From Ramazzottius varieornatus (Eukaryota > Animalia > Tardigrada): a stretch of DNA of 64,000 bases. The position numbers and the translations under genes are program-made. How positions within the stretch are numbered: position 1 is the first letter of the stretch; each line of letters starts with the position of its first letter. The notes under the pieces were generated by a model. The model did no database searches, was not told the origin of the DNA, and saw nothing but the letters and a program-made list of their open reading frames with translations. Shown in pieces: positions 12,923 to 26,152 of this stretch. Where the stretch lies: assembly GCA_001949185.1 (NCBI GenBank), contig BDGG01000002.1, positions 8,603,990 to 8,667,989 of the forward strand, given 5' to 3'.

Positions 12923-13168
12923 TAGCCGTGCCGCGGGCCAACAGCCTCTGCGGAAAACAGTTGGGGAATGGCGAGCCGGACGTCACGGCTCACACCGATG
13001 CGTTAGCCGTGTACCTACGCTGCACCGTGGAACGTTATATATACGTAGGCGAAGTTCGAATTCGCCTAGATATAAGTCCCGTTTACGAGCTGCCAGTCAC
13101 ATGACGGGCAGTAGTACATAGAGGCGTTATTTTTTTCCCTTAAAGACTGTTGGGTAGCGGCAAGGCCG
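12923..13168. mobile_element. hAT-type MITE (246 bp), same family as 63585-63829
   Basis: Perfect 8-bp TSD GTTGGACG (12915-12922 / 13169-13176), imperfect TIRs, and shared internal GGAAAAC.GTTGGGGAATGGC. Confidence 0.85.
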
Positions 13169-14550
13169 GTTGGACGAACTGTCAGGAATGCATATTTTAT
13201 TCATGCAGCGGGAAATAGAGTATATGCGGCCGGATGCCGTCGAAGATTAAAGCCTACAGTGGCCTAAGTTCTATCATAACGCGAAATGGAGAAACTGACG
13301 GGCTAGCAAAGATTAGCAGAGCAATCTTGCAAACTGAACGATCCCGGCGAAACGCTAATTGAAACCTTGGTGAAGCTAGTAAATTTCGATGGTTTCTCTT
13401 CCGCGGTTCCCAGAGGCTCATCGAAACATATACAGGCAGCAGGGGTCACAACTTCATCTAGAAGGGTACTGGTTTCCTGGAGGACGTATTACTGAACCAC
13501 TGATCTTCTCTATGACATGACTAACATAATGAGACAGGCCCATGGAGACCTTTCAATGCCGCCTTTGGTTTGACTGGTTGTCATTTTCGACCGACGTCGG
13601 ACGCGATAGGTGCCTGTAATGATCAGCACTTATGGCAGCGGAAGATACGCGTCTACTTGCCACTCGCGTGACTCTCCGGCGAACAAAAGTACTGAAGTGG
13701 AAAATAATACCATATGTTGGTCATGCTGATGAGAGACTCTCAGAGGAAGATGCCGCCCAGAGATGGCCGATTAGCTTCAGGAACTGACCTTTCTGATATT
13801 GCCGTATTACAATAGGCGGATGTGACAAGCCTGCCACGACTTGGACCTGTCAGGTGCATTCGATCATGTGAACACCGGTTCCCTGAATCACATTATTCCA
13901 TAGCTCATTCATATCCACTCAAATACTCTCGTTGAGCGTCGACGCCCTCTACCATTGACGACGTACTCTTGCGAAAACCAGCAAATCAATCAGTCGACAA
14001 TCGGGGCAGGTACAATCAAAGCCCGTGATTAGGACTTCCGGTGCAATCAGCTGGCCACCTCGTGAACCAGCAAGTCAGGCCTTTCTATGCTTTATCGGCT
14101 CCGCGCGGTGATATCTGGTGTTCACGTCGGCTACTTGTGAATCACGCGTTTTTGTTGCAGTTTTTAAATGAAGGAGAGAGAGAGAGAAGAGGCTCCTGCA
14201 GCAGATAAATGAGGCGAATAACTGATTACACCGGAAGTGCCAGTCAGCGGTTGTGGTTGTACCTGCCCACGAACCCGCCTACGATTGTTGATTGCTTGAA
14301 GTAGCGTTTTCACAGCATTACGTCGTCAATGGTAGAGATGGTTCAGCCCTAATTGTGAGGAGTGGCTTGTATTTTGCGCGCATCAAGCTGAAAGCTACGT
14401 TGGTCGGATACGAGGGCACTAAGCTTGGCATCTTGCATGGCGATAACCGACTTGGATGGTTCTGCGCCGGTTACTGATGCTGTAATTCTCACATTCTGCG
14501 CGCTACTTAGAAAGTGTTTTCCTTCAAAACTGTCAACCTTCTGCTGCACC

Positions 14551-16382
14551 ATGAACGTAACCGACGTGAGGAACTCGTCGACGTCGCAATCGGAAGCAAT
14601 GTTCATTCACAACGCTGTTACTGGAGAGGCTCTGTGTTCGTGGGCGGTGTCCACCTTACTTTTAATGATCATCTCCTCGGTACTTAACACCTGGAACTTG
14701 CTTGCTTTACTTGCTCATCAACGACGGCGCCCGTGGACATCGTGGTATGTCCTGCTGGCTCATCTGTACGTCATCGACCTATTCTGCAGCTCGATCTTAT
14801 ACACCAGCAACGTTGCCAATATATCGTTCCCATACTGGGTAATCTGGGATGACCGAGTGTTCTGCCAGATAATTGGCTTCATCTGCACTTACTCCGCTAT
14901 CTGCTCCAGTACAAGGTAGGCAGTATCCAGTAAAGATTGGGTTACTTTACGATCGACTTGCACAGTTATTATCTGGGTACGTATCGGCAGCCCACGTTTG
15001 GGGATAACGATCGTAGTCAAATTCTTCAGGCATCAACTTTAAAGTTTTGCGATCCCAGGGGCAAAGTTGAGCTGCAGATGCAACCTACATTCACAGACAT
15101 CGAGGAAAACGATGCTGTAACCCGTTCAGATGTCTAGTCAGTGGTCAGATGGTTACTTCAGGGAAGAACTAACAAGGTTTGAGTTTCTCACTGAAAAGGT
15201 TCTTGACGTCACAACGACCCTGAATATTGCCAACAATTTGACGTCGACAAAGCGTAGTTTGGAGCTAAAAAGAGTTATCCGCAAAATTGGGCTACCGATA
15301 CCCCTATCTGTCAGTATAACGTACGAGGTGGCCGGCCTGGAGATATCCAGCGACAATTTCCGGTATGCAAATATCCATGGATCACTATTTTGTGCGCCCG
15401 ATTGCTTGATCATAGTACGTCAAAAAGGCTCTTTAATAGTGCGTCCGACCTACCCAAGGAACATAGACCATCAGCCTTGCTACGCACGAGCTTCTGGTTT
15501 GTCTCAAAAGAATGTAGACAAGTTTACGTTAATTTAGAAACCAAGAAGAGGTAGCTAGAAGCAGTGAAGGTTGAAATCAGCCTGGATATTTCCATGCCGT
15601 CTACCTCGTACGTTTTATTATCTCTAGTATATGCGCAATGGCCATCCTGCGTGTGTATACGGCGTTCCACCGTCGCCTCAGTGCTCTCATCCTTCACAGG
15701 AAAGTCAGAAAATTTTTGGTACTGCTTTTTGCTTTTATTCACCTCATCAGCTTCTTGGCCTCTGCTTCGGCCTACGTGACAAGTAGCCGAGGTGAAATCG
15801 ATCCGCCGTACGATTTGTGTGGCCATGACCCGTATGATGATAGCCACAGCTATGGAGCACAAATCGTCAAGATGACTGCCTGGGCCTTCCTACCGACCGT
15901 GGTAACGGCGGTCTGCTACGGGCAGGTTCATCGGTTACTTCGCAAAGAGAAAAATTCCCGTAGCCAAAGAGATTCTGCTCAACAGAGGCGTCAGCGGTCT
16001 GCCCCACCGAGCTCCCCACAGAGGGAGGTACAATGTCTACAAGTTCTATCGTATCGTCTCGTTGTGATGATCCTCTTGAAGGTTGTGGTCCACTACCCTA
16101 TCGCCTTCTTCTATTTACTTCGCAGTGGCGAAGCTTCGAAACCGGGAATTCACTTGCTAGTACTGACCTTACACTTCTCTTCTACATTCTTCAATGCTGT
16201 AAGAAAACTTAAGCGGCAAAGGAAGAGCTCTTTTGACAGGAGCAACCTTTAAATAGGCTGTTCACCTCAGATAGAGCTTGTTTATCTTTCAGATTCTGTA
16301 CGGTATGGCGGACCCTCAAATGAGAAAGTCTCATCGGAGACTGGCCGAGAAGCTATGTGGCAAATGTTGTGTACATAGATAG
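14551..16382 (+). CDS. Divergent class-A (rhodopsin-like) GPCR (exons 14551-14915, 15628-16198, 16293-16382)
   Basis: Seven hydrophobic segments, TM1 Asn (SVLNTWN), TM2 HLYVID, ECL1 W...FCQ, LRVY at the DRY position, NAILY at the NPxxY position, C-terminal CGKCC. Confidence 0.8.
15324..15608. mobile_element. Mariner-type MITE in GPCR intron 1
   Basis: TA-CGAGGTGGCCGGCCTGGAGATATCCAG ... CTGGATATTTCCATGCCGTCTACCTCG-TA: ~28-bp imperfect TIRs with TA duplication. Confidence 0.85.
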
Positions 16383-17077
16383 GACGATTACAAGAGCTTT
16401 GTGTCGCCGCATGGAGCTGCGCAACTGACCGACAGAGGACATATGCAGCACTGGGCCGCTCGCCTCTACCGTAATGGACCATAGGTGTTTCACACACTCG
16501 ACGCACTTACGCGAACACGCACAAACCGTTGGAATTGGGGGGTTCGCTACCTAGAACAAGTGGTAGGGGGATTTCTGTGGCGATGCTTTTGCTCGACAAC
16601 GGGAAGTACTTGTGGCCGGTGACTGTCAAGACCTTCCAGCGAATCCTTGTAGCGGTACCTAAAAGGTCGTTGCGTACTGTGTGCGAAATAGTTCAAACAA
16701 TGTACGCTTCACAGATTACAGGTCCACAGCAGGCAAAGGTTCTTCATGCAGCAACAAAGAGCCTTACGCCAGCCTGGTTTTAATAGCTTTGTATGGAAAT
16801 ATGCACATCAAACACACAATTGCAGCCGGTCATACTGTCCAGCATATGGCATTGTGAGCATATACGGGCGGTTACCGCACAGAAGACGAGTAAACAAGGC
16901 CAGTCATGCATGTTCCGCACTGATTTCATGGCATAAAACGCACAAGGGCTGGTCGTCGGGTTCCACCTTATCACCATTACTCAGTCCATCACTTTGGTGA
17001 TTTCTCCCTCATATTGGCGTTTTGTCAATAACCGATAGTCGCTGCCGTATATCAGAGAGAAGGCAAGTTGATCTGGG

Positions 17078-19734
17078 ATGGATGTTAGCATGGAAGAAGA
17101 TAACTTTGAACCTTTTGCCGTCGAGAGGGAATTCTTCAAGGTCTTTTGGAACGGTCAAGAATCGTTGAAGGATATGGCGGAGGATTCGGAAATTCGTCAA
17201 TGGCTGAGGTCACTGTTGGACGATAAAGAGCTGGAGCAGTACAAGGACGTCATCTTCCTGTGTTGTGGTCTCGACGGCCATGAACGAACTGTCCGAGCTC
17301 ATCGACTGGTTCTGACCACCAAGAGCCGAACTTTCGCCGATATGTTGGCGTCCCATAACGATCCCGCCGAACCAGTCAGAATTACCGGTAAGTACACATG
17401 TATTTTGACCTGTTAATTTCGCTCATGTGCTAGTCTATTGCTTTGATTAGATCCTTTTACTTTTTGCGCAAATTACACCATAACATTTCATAATAGATTT
17501 GCTGATCATTTATTTTCAAATTACTTGAGAATAAGTCAGTTATCTGAAAGCTCAAACATGTCAGAAACTTCAGAGTCTGGTCAGGAAATTAAACAGCAGT
17601 AACTTTGGTTTTGAAGGTGTCGATGCCGACGTCTTCGAAACGATTATCCACTACATTTACACGGGTCAAATCACCACGCCTCAGCGCGTTGTTCAAACGG
17701 TGGAGCTGCTGTACGCCGCCAACAAGTACGACATTGCGCCATTGTCTCAGCTAGTCAAACACTTCTTGGAATGTCGCCTGGCCCATTTGAACACCAAGCA
17801 CTTTATCATGATTACCCAACGCGTTCTCGATCTACAAATGGACGATCTTACCACCATGTGTTTCACCCTGGTCGAACAGCGGACTGCACTGGTCGTACAA
17901 GAACCAGTTTTCCTTCGTGTTTCCCCCGAGTTTATCCGGCGAGTTCTGCAGTTGGACTCCTTTGCGGGTATTGGGGAGAACCAGGTCTTTGCTCGTGTAC
18001 TGGAATGGGCAGTGATGCGGGCTGGTGGTCAACCCGATGGACTGAACCAAGAAGGACGTCCCAACGAGTCCGAATTCCACCTTGCTCGACCACATGTCCG
18101 ACAGGTCTTGGAGCCCTTCATCCGAGACTTCCGCCTGGTGTCGGTTCCCAAGGACGATTTGGCTGCTTTGGTCAAGAACAGTGGCGTCTTCACGGAACGA
18201 GAGCAGTTGACTGTTAGTTACTATCTGCTTGATCAGACCAAAGATTTGGGCGAGTTCACCATGAAGGAAAGGCATTTCACGACGGGTAAGAAGATGCTCA
18301 TCGCCCTCTGGATCATCAGACTCTTTCTTAATGAAAACATATTAGCTTCAATCATAAACTAAATATTTCTGCTTGTGGGTGGAAGTGTAGCGGACAAGAC
18401 GCGACGATCGCAAGGACCGCCACAGAAGGCTCCGCGGGAGACAGCCAACAAACCATTACCAAAAGGGGCGCCACCGGTTCCAGTTGCGCGAACGGCGCAT
18501 GTGGTCCACCACATGGAGGAAAAGATTGTGCCCTCTCCAGGTAGGTACAACGACCACTGCCAATAATAAAATACTGAAAGCCTTTAAACTCAGTTCAATA
18601 GTTCTAGAGATGCCCAAAGTGGTTCAGCAAAGCGGTCGGTCTCCCAGCCAAGAATCCGTTACCGTCAACGGTACTCCGCCGGCTCCAGCTTCCCTAAAGT
18701 CACCACAGTACTTTACTCTGCAATACTTACAGTAACGTCTTTCGCTCGGCTGTCTGATGGACAAAAGCTTTGCTTAATATGTGTGTTCTTATTCCAGAGA
18801 CCTGGAGCACCACCACACTATGGACGGAATGCAAGTCATCAAAACCAACTCTAACGACAGCCAACCCAACATGATGGAGAAGTTCCTCATGAAGTTCAAC
18901 GACAAAGTCAGTTGAGGTTTTCGTTGGCATAAGACAAAATAACTATCAGTGCACAAACATACTTTGCGATAAGGAGCGCCATATTTTTTCGGGAAATGTT
19001 GGGAAAACATTAATTTTCGCTTAGCTGCTTAATACATCTTAGAGGAGGTTAGTTAGGAGGGATCATGGGAAATTCCGAAAATTTTAAAAATGAGTGAACG
19101 CACAAGATATAAAGTAGGCTAAATCTGGAGATCAAGATTAAGACTAATTAGTACGGCAAGATGAGGTAGTCGGCGTTGCGAGATTGTCAAAGTCAACGCA
19201 ACCATGATGTTGATGTTGTGCACTCTTTGTCTTCAGGGAAAATCCGAGGGTAAGGAAAGCAAGGGGAAAAAGCCCAAAGACAAGAAGGCGCAGTCCGTGG
19301 GTACGGTCCTGGCTCGAACACCCAGCGCCAACAGTCACAGTATGACCTACTCGCCGCCGTCCTCCAACTGCAGTTCCGCTCCCAACTCCCCCAAATCTCT
19401 TCGCGGTACCGACGATTGTCCCAACCTGGACCAGCAGTCTTCGGCAGTTAAAAAGCGCGACAAGTCTAGTGTCAGCGTGTCTGAGAGACCCAAGTCGACA
19501 CTGGTGGACGGACCCAACCGTTTGGGCACGTCAGAAAGCAACGGTTCACTGGGAAAGAAAAGCGGTTCGCGCAGTGGTTTCAACGTGTTCAACATCGGGC
19601 GAAAAAGCAAATGGTCACCGGAGAACGCACGCAGTAGCCGCGAGCTGGACAAACCGGAACCCCCTCCACGAGTCAAAAGTGTCGGCAACCTGAATGAGGT
19701 CAACTCCAAGCAGGACCTGGTGGCAGAAATCTGA
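17078..19734 (+). CDS. BTB/POZ-BACK protein with low-complexity C-terminal tail (exons 17078-17387, 17617-18285, 18391-18540, 18608-18731, 18798-18906, 19237-19734)
   Basis: DVIFLC..VRAHRLVLTTKSRTFADML, VDADVFETIIHYIYTG, ELLYAANKYDI, and BACK-like ENQVFARVLEWA / IRDFRL. All introns phase-consistent; the last exons are less certain. Confidence 0.8.
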
Positions 19735-20092
19735 GACAAGCAACGACCATCTCCTTGAGCTTTAGCTTCCGTGACGCAATGCATGACACTATCGGATGTT
19801 GATGAGCCCTGATCAGTTTAGTCGACACATCACTCTTCCTGCTTCGAATATTTTTACAGTTTGCCAAACGTCTGTCTGGGTGTGTCTTAAGGTCTGCTTT
19901 ACTGTCTGTGGATGTTTTGCTTTGTGGGTACCACTTTCTGCCCGAATGCTTGCATGGACGATACAGAACATAATCTAGCCTAAGGTGGTCTCGTTCCTGA
20001 CATTTTGGTTTCGCAAGTCACATGACTATCCAGTTTTAGCGGCAGGAAGTAAAGCCATCGACGTTCCACCACTCCAGCCGGAAGTTACCCAG

Positions 20093-21460
20093 TTACCCGC
20101 AACACGAGCGGCACAGTCTTTCGGCTAGTTTTTGGTGCTGTCTTCTCAGCTGCGGATCGGCCAAGCCGTACAAAACCTGCAAAAATTCAGCGAAGGTACA
20201 GCTGGAAAATAATCTCCCTGACCTTGTGAAATTCGTTTCGGTTTATGCATATGAGACCATACCGCATTAAAAAGGGTGGAAGAGAAGTGGAGCGACAGCA
20301 CGATCAAATTGGTCAGCGGTTTAAGGTCATCCTCCGTTCGCAGAAGATAAAAGAAGGCAATGGGGTAATGGACAGAAAATTTCAAAATGATCATAACGAT
20401 GATACGATGGGAAAGACATTTCATCCGCTGCACGGCTCTCTGCAGGCTCTGGTCAACGTGGGCAGATGCGTTAGAGTGCAGGTGGTGCCGCTCCCGATAT
20501 TCCGCGAAGCGTATGTTGGTATGCTGATGCAGCAGTCGATGGGTCACGACGTAGCAGGTTGCCGTTACGACAGTCGGCACAAAAGCCCAAGTGGTCATTT
20601 TCACAACTTGCTCGCTGTACGCGTGCTTGTGACTGTGCGGCTTTCTGGTGCAAAACCCATAGGGCGGTGAAATTTCCCCGTTTTCATCCAGCATATATGC
20701 AAGAGAGGCGGCTGTGGCGCTGGTGAGATGCGTCAGGCAAGAGAGGAAAATGCAAAGTCTTCCTGAACGTATTTGCAGAAGCGTGGCCGGTAAGCGGCGA
20801 TGATATGCCATGTAAACTCGAGAGATCGCGATCTGACAAATGCTAGATAAAACAGATTCTGAAATACTAGCTTGATAACATCATTGACGATCTAATTGCA
20901 TTGAAGAACGTCAAACATACTACGTAGCACAAAGGGATAGTTTGGTCCAGTAAAAAGTTTGGGCCAAGTGGAAAAGACGGCAAATGGGAATTTAGCCGTA
21001 GAAAATTGTCAAAAAGTGCGTTGGTGTGAATTGCACTCTTTCGTGCGAACTTTCCTTCCGTTGTTTAGGAAGCGCTTGGTCAAAACTTTTTACCGGCCCA
21101 AACTTCCCCTTCGTGCGTGTACCTCATGCTGGAGCAGATGGCTAGATAAGTGCAAAAGAAGCTAACGGTTTGGCAAATAGCCCGGCTGTCCCAAATGTCC
21201 AAGTAGGGAAAAGTTATGTTGGCGACATTGGCAGCGTAGCAAAGAGCGCTGGACAGCATTTCGATAACGAAAAGATGGGCCAGCACCAGGTGACCACAGG
21301 TCCATGGTTGATCGCAAGCTTGATTTACTGATACGAGCAAGTTCCAGACATTCAGAAGAGACGAGGTTAGTAACACAGCCAGGTTGGCACTGGCCCATGA
21401 GTATAAAACAGTATCGGGAACTGCCTCATGCAGGAGCATCGCATGGGACATATTCTTCAT
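20093..21460 (-). CDS. Divergent class-A GPCR, paralog of 14551-16382 (exons 21460-21123, 20842-20263, 20176-20093)
   Basis: Same intron positions as the paralog; SRVY, HYPIAFFYLLR, NAVLYGLADP and C-terminal CRSCCG. Confidence 0.8.
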
Positions 21461-22543
21461 GGCAATGCCGGTTGGGCGAAAAAAACGTTCGATAGCCTGC
21501 CGGTGAATCTAGCCTTCAGAACTACTTACGCCGGTATGTGAGGCCCGTCAACTGCGCCTATTTGTCAGTGGCACCTCCCGAGAGATCATTCATATGCACA
21601 CATTGTGGTTTTGAATGAAATTAAAAGACACCTCCCTCAAGATGGGGGAGCGCATTTAAGGTCTCTAGAGAAAGGAGGGAAGTATGATAATCCGACTTTA
21701 CCGATGGGACGCGACATGCCTCGGTTGGGGTGGCAGATGATGATGAATTTTTTCCAGAGGTGCTCTTCGATTAGAAGGTTGTGTAACATATATTACCCCA
21801 CTTGACAAGGTTTGGATAAGTGAAATGCACTTATAATGTTATCAGCTTTATGTTGCGCCTCCTGGTAGGAGCAATCAGATCGAGCGGATTCAAAGTCGCA
21901 TCAACTGGTACGGGATTAATGATAGACTTTACTCAGCAGCACGTGACAAATAGGGAGTGTCCTCACTGCAGATGACGCTGTGTCAGCATGGGGAATTATG
22001 GGCCAGGAACAAGGAAGCTGGAAATCCCAAGTCATCAACTTGAGACCTGAGGCATCATGTTGCTGTAGCGGACCCAGCCCGCTGTGCAACTAGCATCCGA
22101 TCGAGCTTCTGGTTTTTCCACTGAACAGCTACCTCGGTCGTCCATCTAGTGTTTCTACGCAGTTCTTCATTACCGCTAACGATATGATCAAGCAAGTGTG
22201 TGGATTTTTGTCACCTGATACTGAGTGACAGAGTCTAATCAACATCAGTGTAGATAGGCCTTGCGCGAAGTGTAGTGAAGAGACGTGTAGTGCCGGCATC
22301 AATTTGTTATTAATATTACAGTGTATCTCTCGCCAAATACATGTTTCAGTATCGATATTTCTTTCTTCAACTGTTTCACTATCGGTATTTGGATATGTCA
22401 TATTTTATCGCTGTAAAATATCGACATCCACGGATCAGGGCCTACTAGGAAATATGCAGGTTTCTCAAAAGATTTTCCAGCATTTACTGAGAATATTCGA
22501 TATGGGTCAGCTCGCATCGTGGGTCACATATCGTTCAAGTCAA

Positions 22544-22705
22544 AGTACACGCGCCTGGCCGAATTATTGGCCTGGACAAAATTTTCGGCCTTCAGCCGAA
22601 AGCGGCTATGCTTCGATTGATTGATCGATTTTGCCAGCGGCTGCTGCTTTCGGCCGGTGGCCGGAAATTTTCTCCAGGCCGGTAATTTGACCAGGCGCTT
22701 GTACT
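22544..22705. mobile_element. Small foldback MITE
   Basis: AGTACACGCGCCTGGCCGAATTATTGGCCTGGACAAAATTT vs AAATTTTCTCCAGGCCGGTAATTTGACCAGGCGCTTGTACT; the arms extend ~60 bp. Confidence 0.75.
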
Positions 22706-23362
22706 GTAGTTGTGTAACGTTGCGCAAAGGTTATTCCATAACGGGACTGATAACATTGACCGCCGATGGAGTCTTAGATACACCTTTCGTGTGGAGTTGT
22801 AAGACATCTGGTAAGAGCCTAAGGATGATACGGTACACGGAAATCAGGTGGTGAGATCAGAAGCAAGCCAGAAAGCATTTATATGCGGGATAACTCTCGA
22901 TCAGGAAATACTTTTCCCATAGATAATTAGTCTGTGGTGAGTCGACAGTACATCTGACAGAAGACACATTTGTCCAAATCAGGAGACTGTCCAATTAGCC
23001 ATGAGAATCCGCCAGATACCATATGGTCACGTGCTGTGGATGGTTGGTGAACGTCTCTTAAAAGAACCGGGTTCCGGCCATCCAGTCTAGCGGACCATTG
23101 AGGCTGGATAGACTGCCTGATTAGTGTTGATTACTGCATACTGCGTGTAAATAGCTTCTGCTGATTGATTATCCGACTGGAACAGTCTCCGGCACGTTTT
23201 CTGCCGACTCCTTATAACATTACACCCGGAATAAATGCGACTAGTTTTTTCCGCCGACAACAGAGCTATCAAAATTGCAATCGGCTGTATAGCATGCATC
23301 TCTAAATCTGACAGCACGCGTTCCACTACAATCCTTAAACGTCTCATCAGAGAGTGACCGCC

Positions 23363-24376
23363 ATGTCGTCTTTCAATCTTTCCCATTACCCAGAGACTAA
23401 TATATCCAGATTTCATGAGTTTCAAGCCCCAAAGTTGGTGGCCATCCTCAATATTACTGCTATCGTGACCGTCCTACTGGCCACATGTTTTAACATCTTC
23501 ATTCTGACCACGTTCGCCAAGTTCCCCAAGCTTCTGACTCCCTTCACCATCCACACAGTCAACCTCATTATCATTGACATTTTGGGTTCTTTGATCTATG
23601 CACCCATCCACGGACTTCGTTCCATCAACCGTGACCTTTTCCGAGTGACACCTTTGTGCTCGGCTCACAACTACCTCCACTGGGTTTTTCCCGCTCTCGC
23701 CCTTTCGCAGCATGCGATCATTTGCTTGGATCGATGGCTGGCTCTGGTGGCGCCTGTGTACTATCGCCAGCGAAAGACGGTCACCAGCGGTATCGTAGCC
23801 ACCTTGTGCGCTGTGGTGTACATAAATGCTTGGTTACTTCCGGTCTTCATTGCCGATTACTACCACGAAAAGCCACCGGGAGAATACTGCGACAATATGC
23901 GAACTTGGCCTCTTTATCGAACCGTCGTTCGAATCACGACGGCTTTCATCCCACAAGGCATCATGTATTTCTCGTATCCTGTACTGACGTGGCTGATTAG
24001 CAAACGACGGAGCAAGGTTGCCACTCTTCAACCGACAAACGTCATGACCGCAGTTGAACGAACGGTTGTGGAACAGCCTGAGATACAAGAGAGGAAAAGC
24101 ACTCTGGCGCGGGCTACCAGTCCTACGCAATGGAAAAAGGGGACCCGCCTAGTGTTGTGGCTGATTGTGGCCCAGTTCGTCTTGTGGGCACCGACCAACA
24201 TAACCAGTTTAATGACAGGCAACGGAGTCCAGCTGATGTACCTCAATGATCTAAATTCCATTAGCCATTGTTTGGGCGGTCTATTGATGATCGCTGATGT
24301 GATCATTACGCTCAAGTTTCTACCAAACTTACGCAAAGCCGTTGCCGATCATTTCCGGCAAATTTTTCGTCGGTGA
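23363..24376 (+). CDS. Intronless class-A GPCR
   Basis: 337-aa ORF with 7 TM segments; LLTPFTIHTVNLIIID, CLDRW, LWAP in TM6. Confidence 0.85.
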   Translation: MSSFNLSHYPETNISRFHEFQAPKLVAILNITAIVTVLLATCFNIFILTTFAKFPKLLTPFTIHTVNLIIIDILGSLIYAPIHGLRSINRDLFRVTPLCSAHNYLHWVFPALALSQHAIICLDRWLALVAPVYYRQRKTVTSGIVATLCAVVYINAWLLPVFIADYYHEKPPGEYCDNMRTWPLYRTVVRITTAFIPQGIMYFSYPVLTWLISKRRSKVATLQPTNVMTAVERTVVEQPEIQERKSTLARATSPTQWKKGTRLVLWLIVAQFVLWAPTNITSLMTGNGVQLMYLNDLNSISHCLGGLLMIADVIITLKFLPNLRKAVADHFRQIFRR

Positions 24377-25201
24377 TGGCCTTCGCTCTACTCTTTTCGC
24401 CATAGATAATCCGCGCTATACATGTTGGGCCGTTGTCGATAAAGACCGCTAATTGACACTGGAGTCACCTGCTCCACTGTGGGATCGGTTCGATTCTAAA
24501 CCACGTACGTCACTTAGGGCAAGCAGCATGTCATGGTCCCTTCCTCTGCCTACTCCTACCGAAACCAAGCCTCGGATGAATTTCGTTATCATCAGTGCGG
24601 TCAGAAGAAGATCGAAATGATCAGGCCTCCTTTTTGAGATTTGGCCTCACGGCCTGCCAATTATCCAAATTGTGAAATTTCAAAAGCTCCTATGGGCCGG
24701 ATCAGGCTCCGCCACACAGTATCAGCCAGTCAAATTGCCGTATACACACAGAGGACGGTGGTATTCTGCAAAAACGAAATCATCGTGCTGGAAGTGTTAA
24801 TGAAGAGCAGCAAATGTCGGATGGAAGCGGGATGCCATCGACGGCTGATCAGCGAACGTCGTTGCTGATCACAAGCTAAAAAGAAGCCGGTCTACCCACA
24901 AACATCGGAGACTATGCATTTGCCAAGAGGAAAGCTTCCTCGCAGTAGCTCTAGGACAAGGAAATTCAGAGAAGAGTCAGTGTGCCACGTTACGACCCGC
25001 TGGCTATTAGCTCTAGGCAAAACTTCCTCTGCTGATAAGGATTAACGGCACCTTTATGGTGTCTTCACAAGCTGGTACTTTTTTGACAGTGTGACGAGAA
25101 GAAATTTTTCAAATTACTCGGCGCGTTTGTTCGATTTATCCGAGAAAAGGGGAGAGGACGCTCAGAACACCCGACGCGAACGGCAATTCTCATTAGTAGC
25201 A

Positions 25202-26152
25202 ATGGTCATCGGCGACATTCCCGGATACGGAAAAGGTATCATCAGTTTTGTCTTCCACATTGATCACAGCAACGGTATGCATACGCGCAAAGATTTGACG
25301 CATAAGTCGAATCCATGTTGAAACAGGGTCCAAGCCTCCGCCACATCGGGCAGAGGAACCTATCCGTCTGTACAGCATGCGCTTCTGTCCCTTCGCCCAC
25401 CGAGTTCGGCTAGTCTTAGCCTATAAGCAATTACTGTAAGCCTCCTTCCATATCTATCTTTGTTTTTGATATGCATTCTTGACGATATTATGCGCGCCGC
25501 AGGTATGAGGTGGTGAACATTGATCTAAAAGACAAGCCGGACTGGTATCTGCAGGTCAATCCGCTGGGTAAAGTCCCACTTCTGGAAGAAGACGACAACA
25601 AGCGGGTTTTCGAGAGCACCAACTGCGCAGAGTATCTCGATGACAAGTTCAACGATCGTAATAAGCTGCTGCCTGCGGCACATCCTCTGCAACGAGCTCA
25701 ACAGAAGATGATGGTCGAAGTTATCCATGGCAAAATAGCCATGCCACACATGCAGCTTATTTTGAAAGGTGCCGATGAGCAGAACAGAGAAGCTCTGGCT
25801 AAAGCACTGGACGAAATCGAAGCGATGATGGTTGGACCTTATTTGTTCGGTAAGCGCAGTCGCCAATACCGCCAATGTCAGAAGTTTGATGAAGTAAATG
25901 TCTGGTAATCTTCCAACAGGAGACAGCGTGACATTTGTGGACCTGATGGTGTGGCCTTGGTTTGAGCGTATTCCGGCGATCGAAAAGTTTCGACAAGTGT
26001 CAATGACGTCAGAGGAGCGTCATCCACAGTTAACGCACTGGTGCAAGTTGATGCGTGAAGAAGCAGCCGTTCAAGCAACAAGCTACCCCGCCGACTTGTA
26101 TGTAGACTTCTTCCGGACGCGGGACTTTAATACCGGCTTATCCAAACACTGA
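25202..26152 (+). CDS. GSTO: Glutathione S-transferase omega class (exons 25202-25235, 25327-25435, 25503-25849, 25920-26152)
   Basis: LYSMRFCPFAHRVRLVL, KPDWYLQVNPLGKVP, FVDLMVWPWFERI; phase-consistent introns. Confidence 0.92.

Noticed and set aside
15130-15537. 135-aa ORF nested in the GPCR intron
   Set aside because: It crosses the boundary of the 15324-15608 MITE, so it is a chance frame.
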